From positions 15,100,684 to 15,164,683 of the forward strand of contig OZ316896.1 in the NCBI GenBank assembly GCA_973895155.1: a stretch of 64,000 nucleotides of DNA. Direction: 5' to 3'. Under the pieces are notes generated by a model. It was given only the letters and a program-made list of their open reading frames with translations, made no database searches and was not told where the DNA came from. This DNA is from Marsupella aquatica (Eukaryota; Plantae; Marchantiophyta). Shown piece after piece: positions 21,814 through 35,912 of the stretch. Both the position numbers and the translations under genes were made by a program. Numbering within the stretch: the stretch's first letter is position 1; each line of letters opens with the position of its first letter.

Positions 21814-24259
21814 GTGTTTTAGTACTTCAGTACCTTTCATTGCTTCTCTAATATTGTCAGATAGTGGGTATTTAAATCTAGATAATGTCCGATAAGGTAA
21901 AGGGAGGACAAAGAGATTGAACTTAAGATGTAAACTCGTAGAAAGCGCAAGAAAAACAAAAGCATGAACCCAGGCAACCAGCACTCTACGTTAATTAATT
22001 TGATTCTTGCTAGGGCAATACAAACCTGTAGGCTACACAGCGCGTGTGGAAGCCCTGGGACATGCCTTTTGACAGCATTAAGTGGAGCTTTACATGCCAT
22101 TATCATTCCTGAGTGTGTAGAACTTTACACTGTTCACTGTAATCTTTGTTATATAAAAACTAGGGACACTAACACTAATTTTGTTGAAAGTGAGCTTGAG
22201 TGAAAGTAAACAATGCATTCTTGTCATTTCTCAAACTAGTTCATGTAAACTTTATTTAAAATGATAGTAGAAATGGATGATCTAATTAAGTGAGTCCAAA
22301 GTAAGTCTAATTCACACTGTTTTCCCACTACAGTCACCAAAGTAAGTGACCGGAAAACAATTTCTCTTGCCCTTGCACTTGCGTATTTGGCTTTTTTTGC
22401 TTATAACAAACTCAGTGTGAGTGACACTCATTCATGAGTAGATCCCAAAATATGTGCTCTCAAATTAGTGTGAGTAACACTAATTATGGTGAATAGTGTA
22501 GTTTCTGAAGAGCCTTTGGATCATCATTTCAATACAAATTGTCATGAGGGGATTGTCATGTTTTCCATATGCAAATACGAAACTTTTGTGCCTCTGACCT
22601 TGATAGAGGCACCGAGTTGTTGGCTCATGGAGTTCCATGGAGACGTTCGGGTACCAAGAGCACTAAGGCAAGAGTAGTAGGTTTGGTGAGGCGCTCAGTG
22701 GCTAGATCATGTATCTCTCCATGTCAACTATTTGTATGTTGAATGATCATGGGCTTGCTGTTGTGTATATTGTTACTCAACAATTTTGGGAGTGAGAGCC
22801 TGACCTCCCACTCCAAGTGGCAGGACCCGGTTCCTTGGCGCACCCATGTTGCCCGTAGAAAGTACTTTCAGTAGTTGACCCATACTGGTAGTTACCAGCA
22901 CTTTTCTGTGGCCAAGATTTGTTGCATTGCACCTCACTGAAAACTCTTAGCCACTTTTGGCAAAAATGAGCTACAATAGGTAGTTGTCTGCCATTAGCCA
23001 TTTTTCCATCCCCATAAGTCCAAATCTGACAGTTGTGGTTAATACAGGGACTGAGATCTAACAGTGGAAATTGAATCTCACAAATTAAATAAAGTATATT
23101 CCTAGCATCAGTCTACTTGGCACAATTGGAGCATTAGCAACCCTGGTTAAGAAGGAAAAAAACCCCATACGTGACAATATGTGACTCGCCAAAGTGGGAT
23201 AAATTTATAAACAATCCAATTAAACAGAGAATAGCGTCAAAGAGTACCGTAACCCATACCTCCAAAGTGACAGTCAGCTTTGGAGAGCAGCTGCGGTGGA
23301 TCATGGTCCATGCAGAAATTATTATTAGACACCCGACGGCGTCTCATTCCTGGCGAGCCTCTCTCTAATCCCGACCAGCACCGCTCGAGCTTCCACGGAT
23401 TCATATCCATGGACCTGGACCATTGACAACGGTGAACGGTCGATACTCTCGTTTCTTCCCTGCATGCAAAATGCAGCTTGCTGATGGCATGAGAGCTTCG
23501 CCACGCCTTGGAATGTCATTAAATGCGCCGACGCGTCTCAAATCCCACCAAGAAATTGTCCTGTGACGATATGCTGGCTGCAGGAGTGACGCCGTTACCG
23601 ACTTACCGCATTGCACAGTAGTAGTGTACAGTATGGGAACGGTAGACAGTCGAGGTTGGGGGTGCTACACGAAAAGACTAGGCAACTGAGAGAGCCCGTA
23701 CTTTTGTTGCCCTGGCTCGCTGGGCCAAATGTTTACTTGACCGTCAATTGCTGTGCTCGACTAGCTCTATGTTCCTTCCTAGCTGAGTGTCTAGTCTTGA
23801 GTCGTCTTGAGCTTCAGTTCTGATTCTTCAGTCTTGCATTGCCAATAGCTGAAGGGGTTTGCATCCTCTCGACTGCTAATGTGTAGCGACAGCTGCTGCC
23901 TTGCAGATTGCAGACTCCGGAGTGGAATAAGCCAAGAGCATCCTCAGTTGTAGGATTGGGCGTAAACTACGGTAGTCGGGGACAGTAGTTTGTTGGATAC
24001 GGCCGAAACAGGAGTCAGTCGACCATTGGCTGGGAGTTTGGACAAAGAGCAATTCTTCTCCTGTTGCATGCTGTCCAACACGTCAACTAGTGTGGGACAA
24101 CAATTTGAATAGATGGCGGGTTTTGCCGGTGAAGTGGGCCAAATGTTTATGTCCTGGAGGAGAAAGGACAGTTAATGCAGATGTTATAACTTAAACCTGG
24201 CTGCCGAGTCTGCAATGTGGCGGAAAGAACTAACAGTGTTGCTCCGCATATATTCGGTT

Positions 24260-24430
24260 GCAAGGCAAGAAAGGAAAACTAGCTTCAGCTGAGTTATCGT
24301 TAACTTCGATGCCCTCCGCGTTTGTTATAGAGGATTCAGGTCGATAGCAAGGCAAGAAAGGAAACTGGCTTCAGCTGAGTGCTCCTCAACTTCGATGCTC
24401 TCCGTTCTGTTAGAGGGTTCAGGTCGAGCA
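24260..24430. repeat. ~87-bp tandem duplication upstream of the MATE gene
   Basis: GCAAGGCAAGAAAGGAAA...CTTCAGCTGAGT...AACTTCGATGC...TTCAGGTCGA present twice. Confidence 0.85.
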
Positions 24431-24760
24431 ACCGGACCGAATTCGGCTCTAAGCAGGAATCACACTGTCGGTGGTCCGAGTGTTCAATTCAGCTAAAGCT
24501 GACTGTACAGTTCAAGCTGACTTGGCCGCTCGCCTGCTGAGTAAAGTTTTCTGTGCTCAATGACGTCAAACCGTTGGATAGCAGCTTTCTTCGGACTGAC
24601 GGCAGAGGAGTTGCGCGAGGGATGATTTGATTTTGTGGGGTTGGAACGTAATCTGCAGCTACGTCAATTTGTTTCTGAGCTTTGCCTCGATGCGAAGTCA
24701 ATACTAATTATCGCAAGTATACAGGGTCTGCTAGGTAGCATAAAAATTACTTCGAGCAGA

Positions 24761-27700
24761 ATGGCGAGTACATTGAGAGAGCCTTTCCTTCGTCGAAAGT
24801 CGCCTCAAAATCCGTCACGGATTTTTGTCAGAGATGGGACTGGTGACTTATCAAGATTCGTCTTGCCGGCTGCTTCGTATCCTATTCGAGGCGGGGTATA
24901 TAGAACAATTAGCAGCACTTCAAAGAGCTCCGCTGTAGCTCAACCCGCACAAAGAAAAGATGGGGAGGGATCCCCTGGATATTGGAAGGAGACAGACAAG
25001 CATTTAGTCATAAATTACAGTTATATCAAAGATGAATTTAAGACGCAGATTGAGATCGCTGGGCCGATGGTGCTTGTGAACCTGTTGCAGTATTCTGTTC
25101 TCCTGTTATCGACCATTTTCGCAGGGCATTTGGGCGTGCTAGAGCTCGCCAGCTCGTCTCTTGCGAACTCAATGGCCAGTGTGCTTGGCTTCTACATCCT
25201 GGTACAGATTTTTTGCCAGATTATTCTACCTGAATGCCACTCCAACGGTCATTCGTGCATTTCTCAGGGAGTCGAACGTCCTGTGAAGCTTGATCGGTTA
25301 TCCCTGCACGCCTTTTTTCAAAGAAATGTCAAGTCAGAGGATCGTACTTAATTTCGTTGGACGGGATTGATGTATGATTTTAGCAGCAGGAACTTTTGCT
25401 CGAGGAATTGGGCGCAAAAATTCTGATTTAAGGAACCTTAATTTCTTTCTGGCTGATTGGACATGCAGTTGGGTATGGCAAGCGCACTGGAGACTCTTTG
25501 TGGGCAGGCCTATGGGGCAGAGCAGTATCACATGCTAGGAATTTATATGCAACGGGCTCTTGTAGTGCTATATGTGACTTGTATTCCCCTCACCTTCCTT
25601 TTCTTCTACATGGAGCGATTACTCCTCTTGGTCGGACAGACTCCAGAAATATCCGCCAAAGCTGGAGAATATGCAATCTGGCTGCTCCCAGCTCTCTATG
25701 CATATGCTACGCTTCAGCCGATTATCAAATTTTTACAAACCCAGAGTGTTGTGGTGCCTATGGTCATATGCTCTGCAGCCACCTTAGCTCTCCATGCGGG
25801 CTTATGCTGGCTCGTCGTCTACGTATTAGGGATGGGCTTTCGAGGTGCAGCCCTCGCTACAAGTATCTCTTACTGGTTAAATGTGGTGTTTTTGTTCCTC
25901 TATGTGAGGAGAATGGACGAGTGCAAGGAAACATGGGGCCCTGGATTGACGATGGAAGCCTTTTCTGATTTGAAGCCCTTTGTGAAGCTGGCAGCATTTT
26001 CTGCCATGATGATATGGTACGTGGCCTCGTCCTCTGTTTTGCTTTTGCTTTTCCCGAGACTACCTAATTGTCAAAAAATCTGCCGGGGTCTTTAGTCCAT
26101 ATGACCAATTCCTTAATTTCTCAGCCAGGTTCCTTTGACTATTCAAATTCTGCTCTGTGAGACATCAACTTATACAATCTGTGCATTCTCTACTTCGAAA
26201 TCAGTGGCACAGTTTTTAAGGGGAGAGAGTTGTAATGGGGTGGCTGATCATTTGGAAAATCTAAGTTGCTGCATCTATACAACCTTGTAAAGGCTAGGGC
26301 AGACACTTTGTGATGCATCCTCAATGTTACAAATATTGATAGAATTCATGAGACGCAGTTGTAATACGACTTTGTTCGTCTGACAATTAGCCAGGATGTT
26401 CCCAAATCGTGATTCCATGTTTGAAGGCGCACTAATTTGTAATCTGACTGTGGAGAAGAACAGTTTGGAGTATTGGTGCTTTGAAGTGATGGTGATGCTG
26501 GCGGGTTTGTTGAAAAATCCTGAACTAGAGCTCTCTGCTCTCTCTGTTTGGTACCTATCTTCGATCCACAACTTTGTGATATTTGAATGCCTTCCTGGAC
26601 TGTATTCGTAGCGTGCTTAACTTCGGAACCTATCTGGAGCCAACCCTAGGCGGCTCATGATTTTGTCATTTTGGCCTCATTGTCTAGCACTAGACGATTC
26701 TACTGCAATGGGCGCGTGGTCGTGAGATTGCTGTAAACAGTTCCTCTTTGGCCTTTGCAGTGTGAATACGGTGACTCTAAACTACATGATTCCTTTCGGA
26801 CTGAGTGCTGCTGCAAGGTGAATCTGCTCTTCTCCCTCCCATTATTTTCTGTTCACCTCGATTTTGACAGGGAGCTCGGTGTCGCATGCGGACACTTAGA
26901 CATTATATCAGAATGTCTTGAACTGAGAGGTTGCTCTTATTTCTGCTCAAGACTGAACTTGGATCTCTTTTTGCTTCATCACGGACCACTGTTGTCAACG
27001 GGCTGACAGCAAAACAATTCTATGCTGGTTGGAATTCACTTTCTATGTAATTAATTCGATTGCAGCACAAGGGTTTCAAACACGCTTGGAGCGGGAGAGC
27101 CGAATGCAGCTAAAGTATCTGTGTATGTGTCGTTGGGAATTTCCTTACTCCAGGCTACTATTATCTCGGGTTCATTGCTCTTAGCACGCAATGTCTGGGG
27201 TTGGGTCTTCAGCAATGACCCTCAAGTGGTGGCCTATGTTGCAACTATCATGCCCATAATTGCCCTCCTTGCTCTCTTTGATGGGATTCAAGGCGTGCTC
27301 TCAGGTTTCCTCCAAATTCCCCTCATGTGAAATCTCTTGTTTGTTTCGTTGTACACTCATATGTGCTGGACCTCAGGAAGGGCGCTTACAACCGAATCTT
27401 GGCTTGCTTGCAGGTGTCGCTAGGGGTGCAGGATGGCAAGATCTAGGGGCGCTGGTCAACTTGGCAACTTTCTATGGAGTGGGTGTTCCTGTCGGGGTTA
27501 TCTCGGCCTTTTACTTTACATGGGGAGGAAAGGTTTGATTTCTTGTCCCAAGTTCCCAATGAACTCATCTGTCCTGTACGAAGAAACGGTTGACACTCGA
27601 ATCACGTGGACTCAGGATGACATAATTATGTGGTCTCCTCTCCCCTTTCCTACTTGACAGGTCGGTACTGGTTAAATTACTTCGTAACTCTTGGCCGGGC

Positions 27701-28192
27701 TTTCTGTTGTTTTTGTAGGGTCTCTTCACTGGTCTTATTGTGGGCCTGGGACTACAAATGCTGGCATTAGTAATTATCACTTTCAGGACCAATTGGGTGA
27801 AACAGGTGGGCTCACTTTCTACCGAGACTAAATTATCGTTTCCTGTACACTGAACAGTATTGACAAGCTCGACCCTTGTCTCTGCTCTCCTGATGCTACG
27901 AAGGCCAAATCATTCCGAGCTTGAATACTGAGTGTGTGAATGATATGATCCTAGGCTCAAAAAGCTGCAGCTCTAGCGCACCATGCAGAGGCAGCACTGG
28001 ACGATCCAGAGAAAGTTCTGATTGAGGATCATAATTGTGATAAGGTATGCTTTTGTGGAAAGATGTGAACCCATTTAGATAACTCGAAGCTGATGATATT
28101 GGTGCTACAAAAATTATCATCTCAATTCAGATTCATTCTTGGAACTTCACTTCCTTCTGACAAATGCTTGCTCCTCGCAGGCTAGAGGTTGA
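24761..28192 (+). CDS. MATE (DTX) efflux transporter. Exons 24761-25201, 25469-26016, 26464-26550, 26761-26817, 27066-27304, 27414-27532, 27719-27805, 27955-28044, 28181-28192
   Basis: Motifs FAGHLGVLELA, LGMASALETLCGQAYGA, LEYWCFEVMV, STRVSNTLGAG, DGIQGVLSGVARGAGWQ, TNWVKQ. All introns GT-AG and in phase. The last micro-exon is less certain. Confidence 0.95.
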
Positions 28193-28774
28193 TGTGGTGG
28201 ATTTGTGTGAGACTCTACAGATGCTTTTGGATGGGTGTTACTCCTGAGTAGTATCGGAAGAGATAAGCTTTGTTGTGTCATAACTTGGGCTTATGTATAC
28301 ATTTGAACAGCAAGTGGGCGGAAGAGGAGCCCCACTGTCTATACCCAACACGCAGAAAAAATACCAATTACAGTTACGTCGTGAGTCGTGTTTTTCTGCT
28401 TTCAGTCCATCTGCTGTGGAGCAAAATGTCAGCTTCTACAGAGTAGGTGACCAAAAGATGTCATGAATGACTAAATTTTCAAATAAAGGGGTTTATAAAG
28501 GTGCAGTTTCCACATTGTACATTACCCCAATGTCGCTGCGCATTCACACTATTCATTGACCTACTCTCGAATCTGCTTTCGGTTTACTAAGTGTTCTTTT
28601 TCGTAAGCTAGAACCTCAACTTTCAGCTGCGGTTCATTGTGATCTTTGATGATCTAAATGGGCCTCACGTTTACTTCAGCTTACAAATGTTTCTGCACGA
28701 GTAGAGATTTAATTTGGAACATTGACTCGGCTTAACAGAGATCAGGTTAACAGTTCTACAGTTTGTACAGCGGA

Positions 28775-28880
28775 CAATTGTTACTCCACGATGAAAGGAT
28801 CTCTATGATTCTTGTTACAAAATTAGCAATTGTTACTCCACGATGAAAGGATCTCTATGATTCTTGGTACAAAATTAGCA
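28775..28880. repeat. ~52-bp tandem duplication
   Basis: CAATTGTTACTCCACGATGAAAGGATCTCTATGATTCTTG.TACAAAATTAG twice. Confidence 0.9.
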
Positions 28881-31800
28881 GTAATACACGGCACTCAAAA
28901 ACGATGGGGCGCGTTTGTGTCGCTTCATTGTGATAGCCAGTCTCAGCAGCTGTGTTACTACTTCTCTGCTTTATCATTGACTGTGCTCAAGCCAAAGTCA
29001 GTGCCTTGAAAGCAAATTTTCCAAACATCCCCATCTAGTTTCAGCTGGCCTGTCAGACAGTATGTACCGCCCAAGAATTGTTACATCCTTTGTAACTCAC
29101 GGGTCCTAGTTTACGTGCTGCTACATTTACTCATGTGTTGGAGTCTATGTTCTGACAAATGTACTAATGTGTTGTTATTTAGGTTCTGGCTGATCCACTG
29201 ACATTCCTTTCTGAATATAGAGCTTGGAAGGAGAATTTAATTAAGACTGTATCGAATAGGACCAAGCTCCTAGATGATTTAGGAGCTGATAGCTTGGGTG
29301 GAATCCTCAGTTACAGTAGTTGTACGGCAGCTTGAGAAAACAAACGGCAGGCTCGTAGTGGCCCAAGTTGAGAAGCCAAAATACCATTGTTTTGTCTACA
29401 GAGGTTGCCATTCGGATTCCTTGGAATGTTCAACTCCTGCACAGCCCTGCAAAAACTCTTCTCCAGAGTAACGAGAGGACTACCATATTGTAGGCCTCGC
29501 TGATCTACACAAGAACCTGGTCAAAATTCCAAGTTTTTAAGCTTGTGTAAGCTTCACAGGTTGAGTTTTTTAATAATACCTCGCTAGCTATCAAAAAATG
29601 TGCATTATACAGTCGCCCTGTCAACTTTTCACTGAAATATACTGATCTAATTGATAGAGCCAATCCATCTTGTTAGTTGCTTTCGACAACGATTCCTGTG
29701 TTTCATCCTATTGATAGACTATAGTGAACAGCTTCGACTGATACAGTCGGTCTCATTCAATCAACATGAAGGGTCCACATATGTGCACTGGGAAACATTT
29801 CAAACCCAAGATCACAAAAAGCTGAGGCAAAATACCGCGAATTGATTATTTGTAAAACATTGGGGCAGAAAGACATTTGTTACCAGAGACCAGAAGAAAA
29901 CTGTCGACAATAGGAAGATAATAAAAGTACTGAAGAAACCACACTCATCGAATTTCAAGACTAGAAAAGCCACACAAATGTCCAACAAAGGCCCGTGCTT
30001 GACAGCTACTCACACCCTTAATATAACGAGCAAGTTATTACACACTTCAAAGTCAATGCATGAAAGGTACAGACGCTCATCCACGAGCTGCAAAGCAAAC
30101 TCTTCATATTTTGACAGCTCAGACATGACAGACTTGAACTGTGCAAGTGTTCAAAATCAGAAGCTAAACAGAGGCCTAGTAATCAAAGTGGCGCCCACAT
30201 GGCAGTCATAAGTAACCTAGGACTCAAACCAAGCAAAAAATTAGTGTCAAGCCTGGAATCGACACCAATCTGAAGATTAAACTATACAAATCCAGGAAAA
30301 CCAATCCAAAAAAGCTCACCGAAGATCGTTTTCTCTTTACTTTGCAAAACACACCATCTCATGAAAGAAGCAAGGTTCAAACTGCGAAGAAAACGAAAGG
30401 CGTGGAGAGATCTCCAAAGGAGAGGGTCGGTCTGGGATTAGAATAGAGGTTCCTTCCCATGGGCACCACCTCTGTTTGAACCCCGAATACTTCAGCTTTG
30501 GCTACTCTGTTCTGCAACTGGGGCGGGATGGGACGAGAGTCCGTCACTGATATATGGTGCACTCTATCGCTGTTTTGCAATTTCGTTCCACGCGCAACGA
30601 AGAGAGGTTGACGTCACACCTTCCTTTGCCGGGCAGAAGGGACGAAGCTCACTGCATAAGAAGCACCGCATCACCGTGCCGTCGTAACCCACACTGCAGC
30701 TTTCGAAGGCTTTGTTTGTAGCAATTAAACCATCAAGAGGAGACGTAGGCCGGGAAAAAACTGGAGTTTCCACTGTGAGTGGTGGGGGCGTTGGTAGAGG
30801 TGGACCCCGAGGACGTCCTCTACAGACCTGAAAACGAGCTCACCATGATCAAGCTGCGACGAATTGTGCGCAGTCTGCCTTAACATTCAATTTTAATGCT
30901 TTTGAAGAGCTCATCGCTAGCAATGAATATCGATATGTGCGATAGATTCTAAAATGGCATTAGCCTACCTAGGGGGCGACTTGACAAACGTGCCTTGCCA
31001 AGTCGCCCACCAGTTGGGTTAACGCCACTTCGAGACTGACCCAGAGTGAATCATCAGCACGTTCTGCAGTATATTTTATGGTCGGATCCCTTGTGGAGGA
31101 ACAACGTAGTCCAGTAGAAACCTGTCTGGAGGTTCGTTGCTTCTCTCCAAACTCATCCTGCTCTTGAGAGTTCATGAGGAGCAGCGCCAGGACACGTTTG
31201 TACTTTCGAAGTGAGTGCTTGCTTCTTGATTTTTTGATCGAGGATGCTGAGCACTTAGGCCTCGGAATTCGATGTGTCAGGGGCGATGACGAATGGTCAC
31301 AGTTGCTGCAGCTCAGGACGATGTTCTGTCAGAGATACCACTACGTCACCACGTCGAAGTCCTTCTAACACGATAATGTTGGTCGGTCGATCCCCCGGTA
31401 GCTAAAATTTCGGGGATCGTTGTGATCGAAGGAGACGGGATTTTTTTCCATTGGAGTGAAAGGAAAAGCATCCCGTTCAGTCATTCATGGAATTTGCCAA
31501 ACGATGTGTAATTGAATGTCCTCTGCAGTCATTTTCTCTCTCGGTTCGCAATCCTGTCAGATCCACCTGTAATGACCGCTCACGATATTACGTTTCTAGA
31601 TATATTGTCGTGATTGGTTGGAAAGCGGTGACCTACAAATTTGTGCTGCGTCTTTCAAGCAGGTTCAGAAATAAACATTTAGGTGAACATTTTATGCCTC
31701 TGACCGCATCTAGTCAAGGAGCTGCGTGACCATCTCGTGCTATCTAGAGTTTGTCACAGGTGAAATGATTGCATTGACTGGTAGGTGCAAGGTTCTTCAT

Positions 31801-33064
31801 TTATTTGGGTCTGTTTATGCTGCCGCCCAATGTCTGCGGGTATCAGCATCGACTGTAAATGACTCCGTTAATTTTGTCTTTCTTTGGGCAATTCGACCGA
31901 GAGCTCAGCATCCGTTGATTGTGGCAAACGAATTTCTAACTTTTGGAGGGTGAGAGCAGCATTCGGAGCAGTGTGCAACACAAGGTACGAGCGAATCTAC
32001 AATATTAAATAAAAACACAACTTCTAAAGATTACGTAGAATAACAGAAAGACAAGAGATTAAGCCAAGAAATGAACAGGACTCTACAAGACATACACAAC
32101 TTAAGCTAAGAAACGATAACATTGTGCTACAGTCGAAGACGAGACAAGACGAGACAAGACAAGATGAGAGTACCTGTACATACATTAATGAAATAATTCA
32201 AAACACTCCGATACAAACGGAATCGACAAACGAACCAGACGGAGATGAAAGGCAACTAGAGACGCTAGCTAGTGAACCCGGATAAAATTGCAATATCGAC
32301 AAATCAACCAAATGAATCAAACATTACACTGCAGAAGAGCAGACCGGACGAGAAAGAATGGATGTGCTGACCGAATTCGATTCATTCACATTTATTGATT
32401 CTCATTCGTGAAATCATGTGGACTGCCTTCTGTCCACCCAAAAAACCAGGAGCGGAGAATAAACTTGAGCAACAGTTCCCAATGCCCAGAGACATTCAGA
32501 GCTCTATGAAGGCCATGTGGCGGGAAGGTCGAGGTTGAGAAAAAGTGTCAACGGGATAACGGCTAAAATGGCAATGATAAAGAATGAGAAGGATACAAAA
32601 CACAGGACGCGAGGGAAAAAAATGTCAACAGAGAAGTTATCATGAACGAATAACATTGATCTAGTCCAAGACACTAGCTATGCTCTTGTGAAAATGTCTA
32701 GCACATTTCCTGGTGATTGATTTCTAGCTCAATTCGATCCCCGACTGCTTGTCAGAAAGCCATATTCTTAAAACGTCATCAACATTTATTTCTTGCTTTC
32801 AGAATCCGTGATATTAACTTCACTCGACCGAGAACCGAGAACATGAGCCGCTGTATCAGATTCGGTGGCACGACCGAAGAACACAGTACGTTTCGTTGGT
32901 CATTTTGATCAATTTCCCACGTTTGACCGGCCATGTTCTTGACCTCGACGGAGCCTAGAATCCGTTCTTGGAGCACCTCTGTTACTTTAGTTAGAATGGT
33001 CTGCATGCTGCATCATCTTGGATTTGGGCGATGACTGCGAGTCCTCGTTTCCGAAGCAGCCACC

Positions 33065-35011
33065 ATGGATGCTGCCGATGAGGCACCGGAGAAGACAGCT
33101 TTGGTGAGAAACTTGGTTCCAGACGGGGCAGGGATCCCAGTAGAATCGCTAGAAGGCGGAAGCGACGGAGGCAGGCAGAGGAGCGACCTGATTTGGCCAC
33201 CCTTAGAAGAAGAGTCTTCATGGCAGGAGCATGGCTGTTTCAACCATCCCGCTTTACCGAAGAAGGGAAAAGAAGTACTTGCAGACCGTGCATCTACGGG
33301 GGTGCGAGCGAGTAGCAACAGTGAAAACATTTCACATGTCTTCGACGTTGCTCAAGATAGCTCAGCCTCCGACACGCTAGATCTGGATATAGAGATCGGG
33401 AATCATGTCGATAACGCTCCTGAGGCAACGGCAACCTCGGAAGGTGGAAACGATGGAGAAACGCACAGGATCAACCACATCTCGCTAGTACCATTAGAGG
33501 TGCAGTCTTTCGAGCAGCAGCCTGCTGACCATCCCAATGGCAATTCCAATCGTCCCCATCCACCGAAGGGAAAAGAATTACTTGTGGGTGCAGTTGCGGG
33601 AGCGGGAGTGGGTGACAAAAGCGAAAGCGTTATACATATTTTCGAAGGTCAAGATAGCTCAGACGGCAATCTGAATCTGGACATAGAGAAAGGGAAAATT
33701 GTCTATAATGTCGACGCAATAGGAGGGAAAGACGTTGAGACTGGCCCTCGTTATCCTCACCAGCTTGACAACGACGATGACTCTGTTTGCCGTATTTGTC
33801 ACCTGAACTCTGCGGCGGGTGAGATTGTCAACCTCGGATGCGCTTGCAAACTCGACTTGGGTCAAGCCCACAAGCGGTGCGCCAATACGTGGTTCGCCTT
33901 CAGAGGCAAACTGTAAGGATCTCTCTCTCGCTCTCTGTGACCATCGCAATTTCGACTGTGTGGTGGCAAAGTAGCGCATGTCGGTGCGTGGGTCGGAAAT
34001 CTTTATCGACGATTGAATTGAGTTCCAATTTCTACCCCTGGCTTTGATTTCATTTGTGGTCCGCTGAGAACTGTAATGGGGCATTGCCATTGGTCTAACA
34101 GATTTATGTGTTTAGTTATATGTATATAAAAAGAGAGAGATACATAGTCCGTGTGATGGATCTGCTCTTGGGCTATTCTAGGATTTGCGGGCTATTCTAG
34201 GATTTGTGAGATTTCTCTGCAACTATATCAGAACAGATAGAGCAGCGGCCTTTTGTGAGGCTTTTGTTTCGCGTTCTGTAACTACGAGAGGCTATTTTAT
34301 CTATTTGTCACAATTATGGACTCTCCAAACTCTAGAATAACTACTAACTCAAATGTCAACGATTGCTACAAACCTTGTCTAGTAAGTGTGCTTGACTGAA
34401 TTCACAGGGCTCCTCTTTAGTGAAGAAATTAGTCTTGAGTCTGTCTTATTTTCACTGTACCCTTTTGAGACTTGCAAGTCAGTCATCTCTGAGAGTTTGA
34501 GTCTTTAAAGATACAGGTGAATCACATGCAGAGACCAGTTCTTGGTCTAATTGAGCTTTTGCATTCATAACAGCTATCTGTTCAGAACGAGGCACCAGTA
34601 ACATTAACGATGTAAGCATTGTTGGAAGTAGCAACATTTGCAACTTCTAGCTCATCTAAACCCAACCTCCTTGGAATTTTGTCTGATTTCCGACAGAGTC
34701 CGTATCAAGACGCTTATGAGAACGTTTGAAGTGAGATTGAAGCTTCGGTGTGGCTTTGTTAATGCAGGGAATGTGAAATCTGTGGGGAGCTAACACAAAA
34801 TTTTAAGACTCCAGACCTTATGACGGCTCAGGGCAACCTTGACGACCTCCCAGATACAGTCATAGTTAACATTCGTTATGGTGCAATTGCTCGCTGGTTG
34901 TGCATCCGCCTCGTCGTGATCTGCTTAGTCTGGGTCGCAGTCATATTTCTCCTGTACAAATTCCTCGTTCCGGCCTTAAAAAAAGCTTCTTATAAAGGGA
35001 CTGCACATTAG
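33065..35011 (+). CDS. RING-CH (RINGv, C4HC3) membrane E3 ubiquitin ligase. Exons 33065-33912 and 34768-35011
   Basis: CRICH...LGCACK..L..AH.RC...WF..RG.L|ECEICG is completed across a GT-AG intron. C-terminal hydrophobic helix LVVICLVWVAVIFLLY. Confidence 0.92.
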
Positions 35012-35720
35012 CAGCTATTTGGGGAGAATCAGCATTATCATAATTATCAAGTGAAGAACTATTTTTTCAATTTCTTCTATCTACTGTAACTCTCCGGCAG
35101 TTCCATGACCGAATAACTTGTAGAGACAACCCTTGAAGACCACCCAGATAGTCGTTACCGTGCATCGGCCTCTGACTTGGTGATCATCTGCTTACTCTGC
35201 ATCATCCAGTCTTTCTCGTGTACGATGTCTTCTTTCCTATTGTGGCTTTAGATTAAAAGAGCTTCTGATAATAGCGGGACTTTATTTTAGCAGCTCGAAA
35301 GAATCTTCGTCATTCCTTGTAGAAGCAAAAGAGCTCTCGAAAGCGTTCACCAACGAAGTGAATGAAACATTTAACAGTTGTTTCGATCGGCCTCTCCGTC
35401 GATTCCATAATTATGCAAACAGTATGTAGATCGACAGGTCTAGATTTGATATCCACAACTTGTATATCGATCGATACCATGTCACATGTACACCTATTGG
35501 GTATTGCGAGGTACTGCTATGGGCACGCTTGCACATTGTTGTTGCCATGATTGACCCTAAGTATTTATGCATGTGCAAGACATTACTCCATTCATTCTGA
35601 AGTCATTTATTCAACTACACCTGCCCATATAAAAGCCCCATTCCCTGCCTTGCATCTCAAGCCAGGTGGAGCAGTACTCCATTTTTAGTGAAAGTGAACC
35701 TGTGCATTAGATATGGACAT

Positions 35721-35912
35721 CTAGGGATAACCCTTATCGCATTTGATAATGAGAGCGAACCCTTATTGCATTTGACAATGAGAGCTACGGATAACCCCTA
35801 GCTCTTTCTAGGTGCACTAGGGATAACCCTTATCGCATTTGATAATGAGAGCGAACCCTTATTGCATTTGACAATGAGAGCTAGGGATAACCCCTAGCTC
35901 TTTCTAGGTGCA
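35721..35912. repeat. 96-bp near-perfect tandem duplication with internal sub-repeat
   Basis: CTAGGGATAACCCTTATCGCATTTGATAATGAGAGCGAACCCTTATTGCATTTGACAATGAGAGC...TAGGTGCA x2. Confidence 0.92.

Noticed and set aside
24635-24760. N-terminal extension of MATE in the ORF track
   Set aside because: It begins at a GTG. The first ATG is at 24761 and gives a typical MATE start (LREPFL).
30252-30296. tRNA-like hairpin (CCTGGA...TCCAGG)
   Set aside because: About 45 nt long with no cloverleaf or anticodon arm.
30969-31370. Minus-strand coding-like fragment
   Set aside because: Short, interrupted by stops, with no recognisable domain or splice model.
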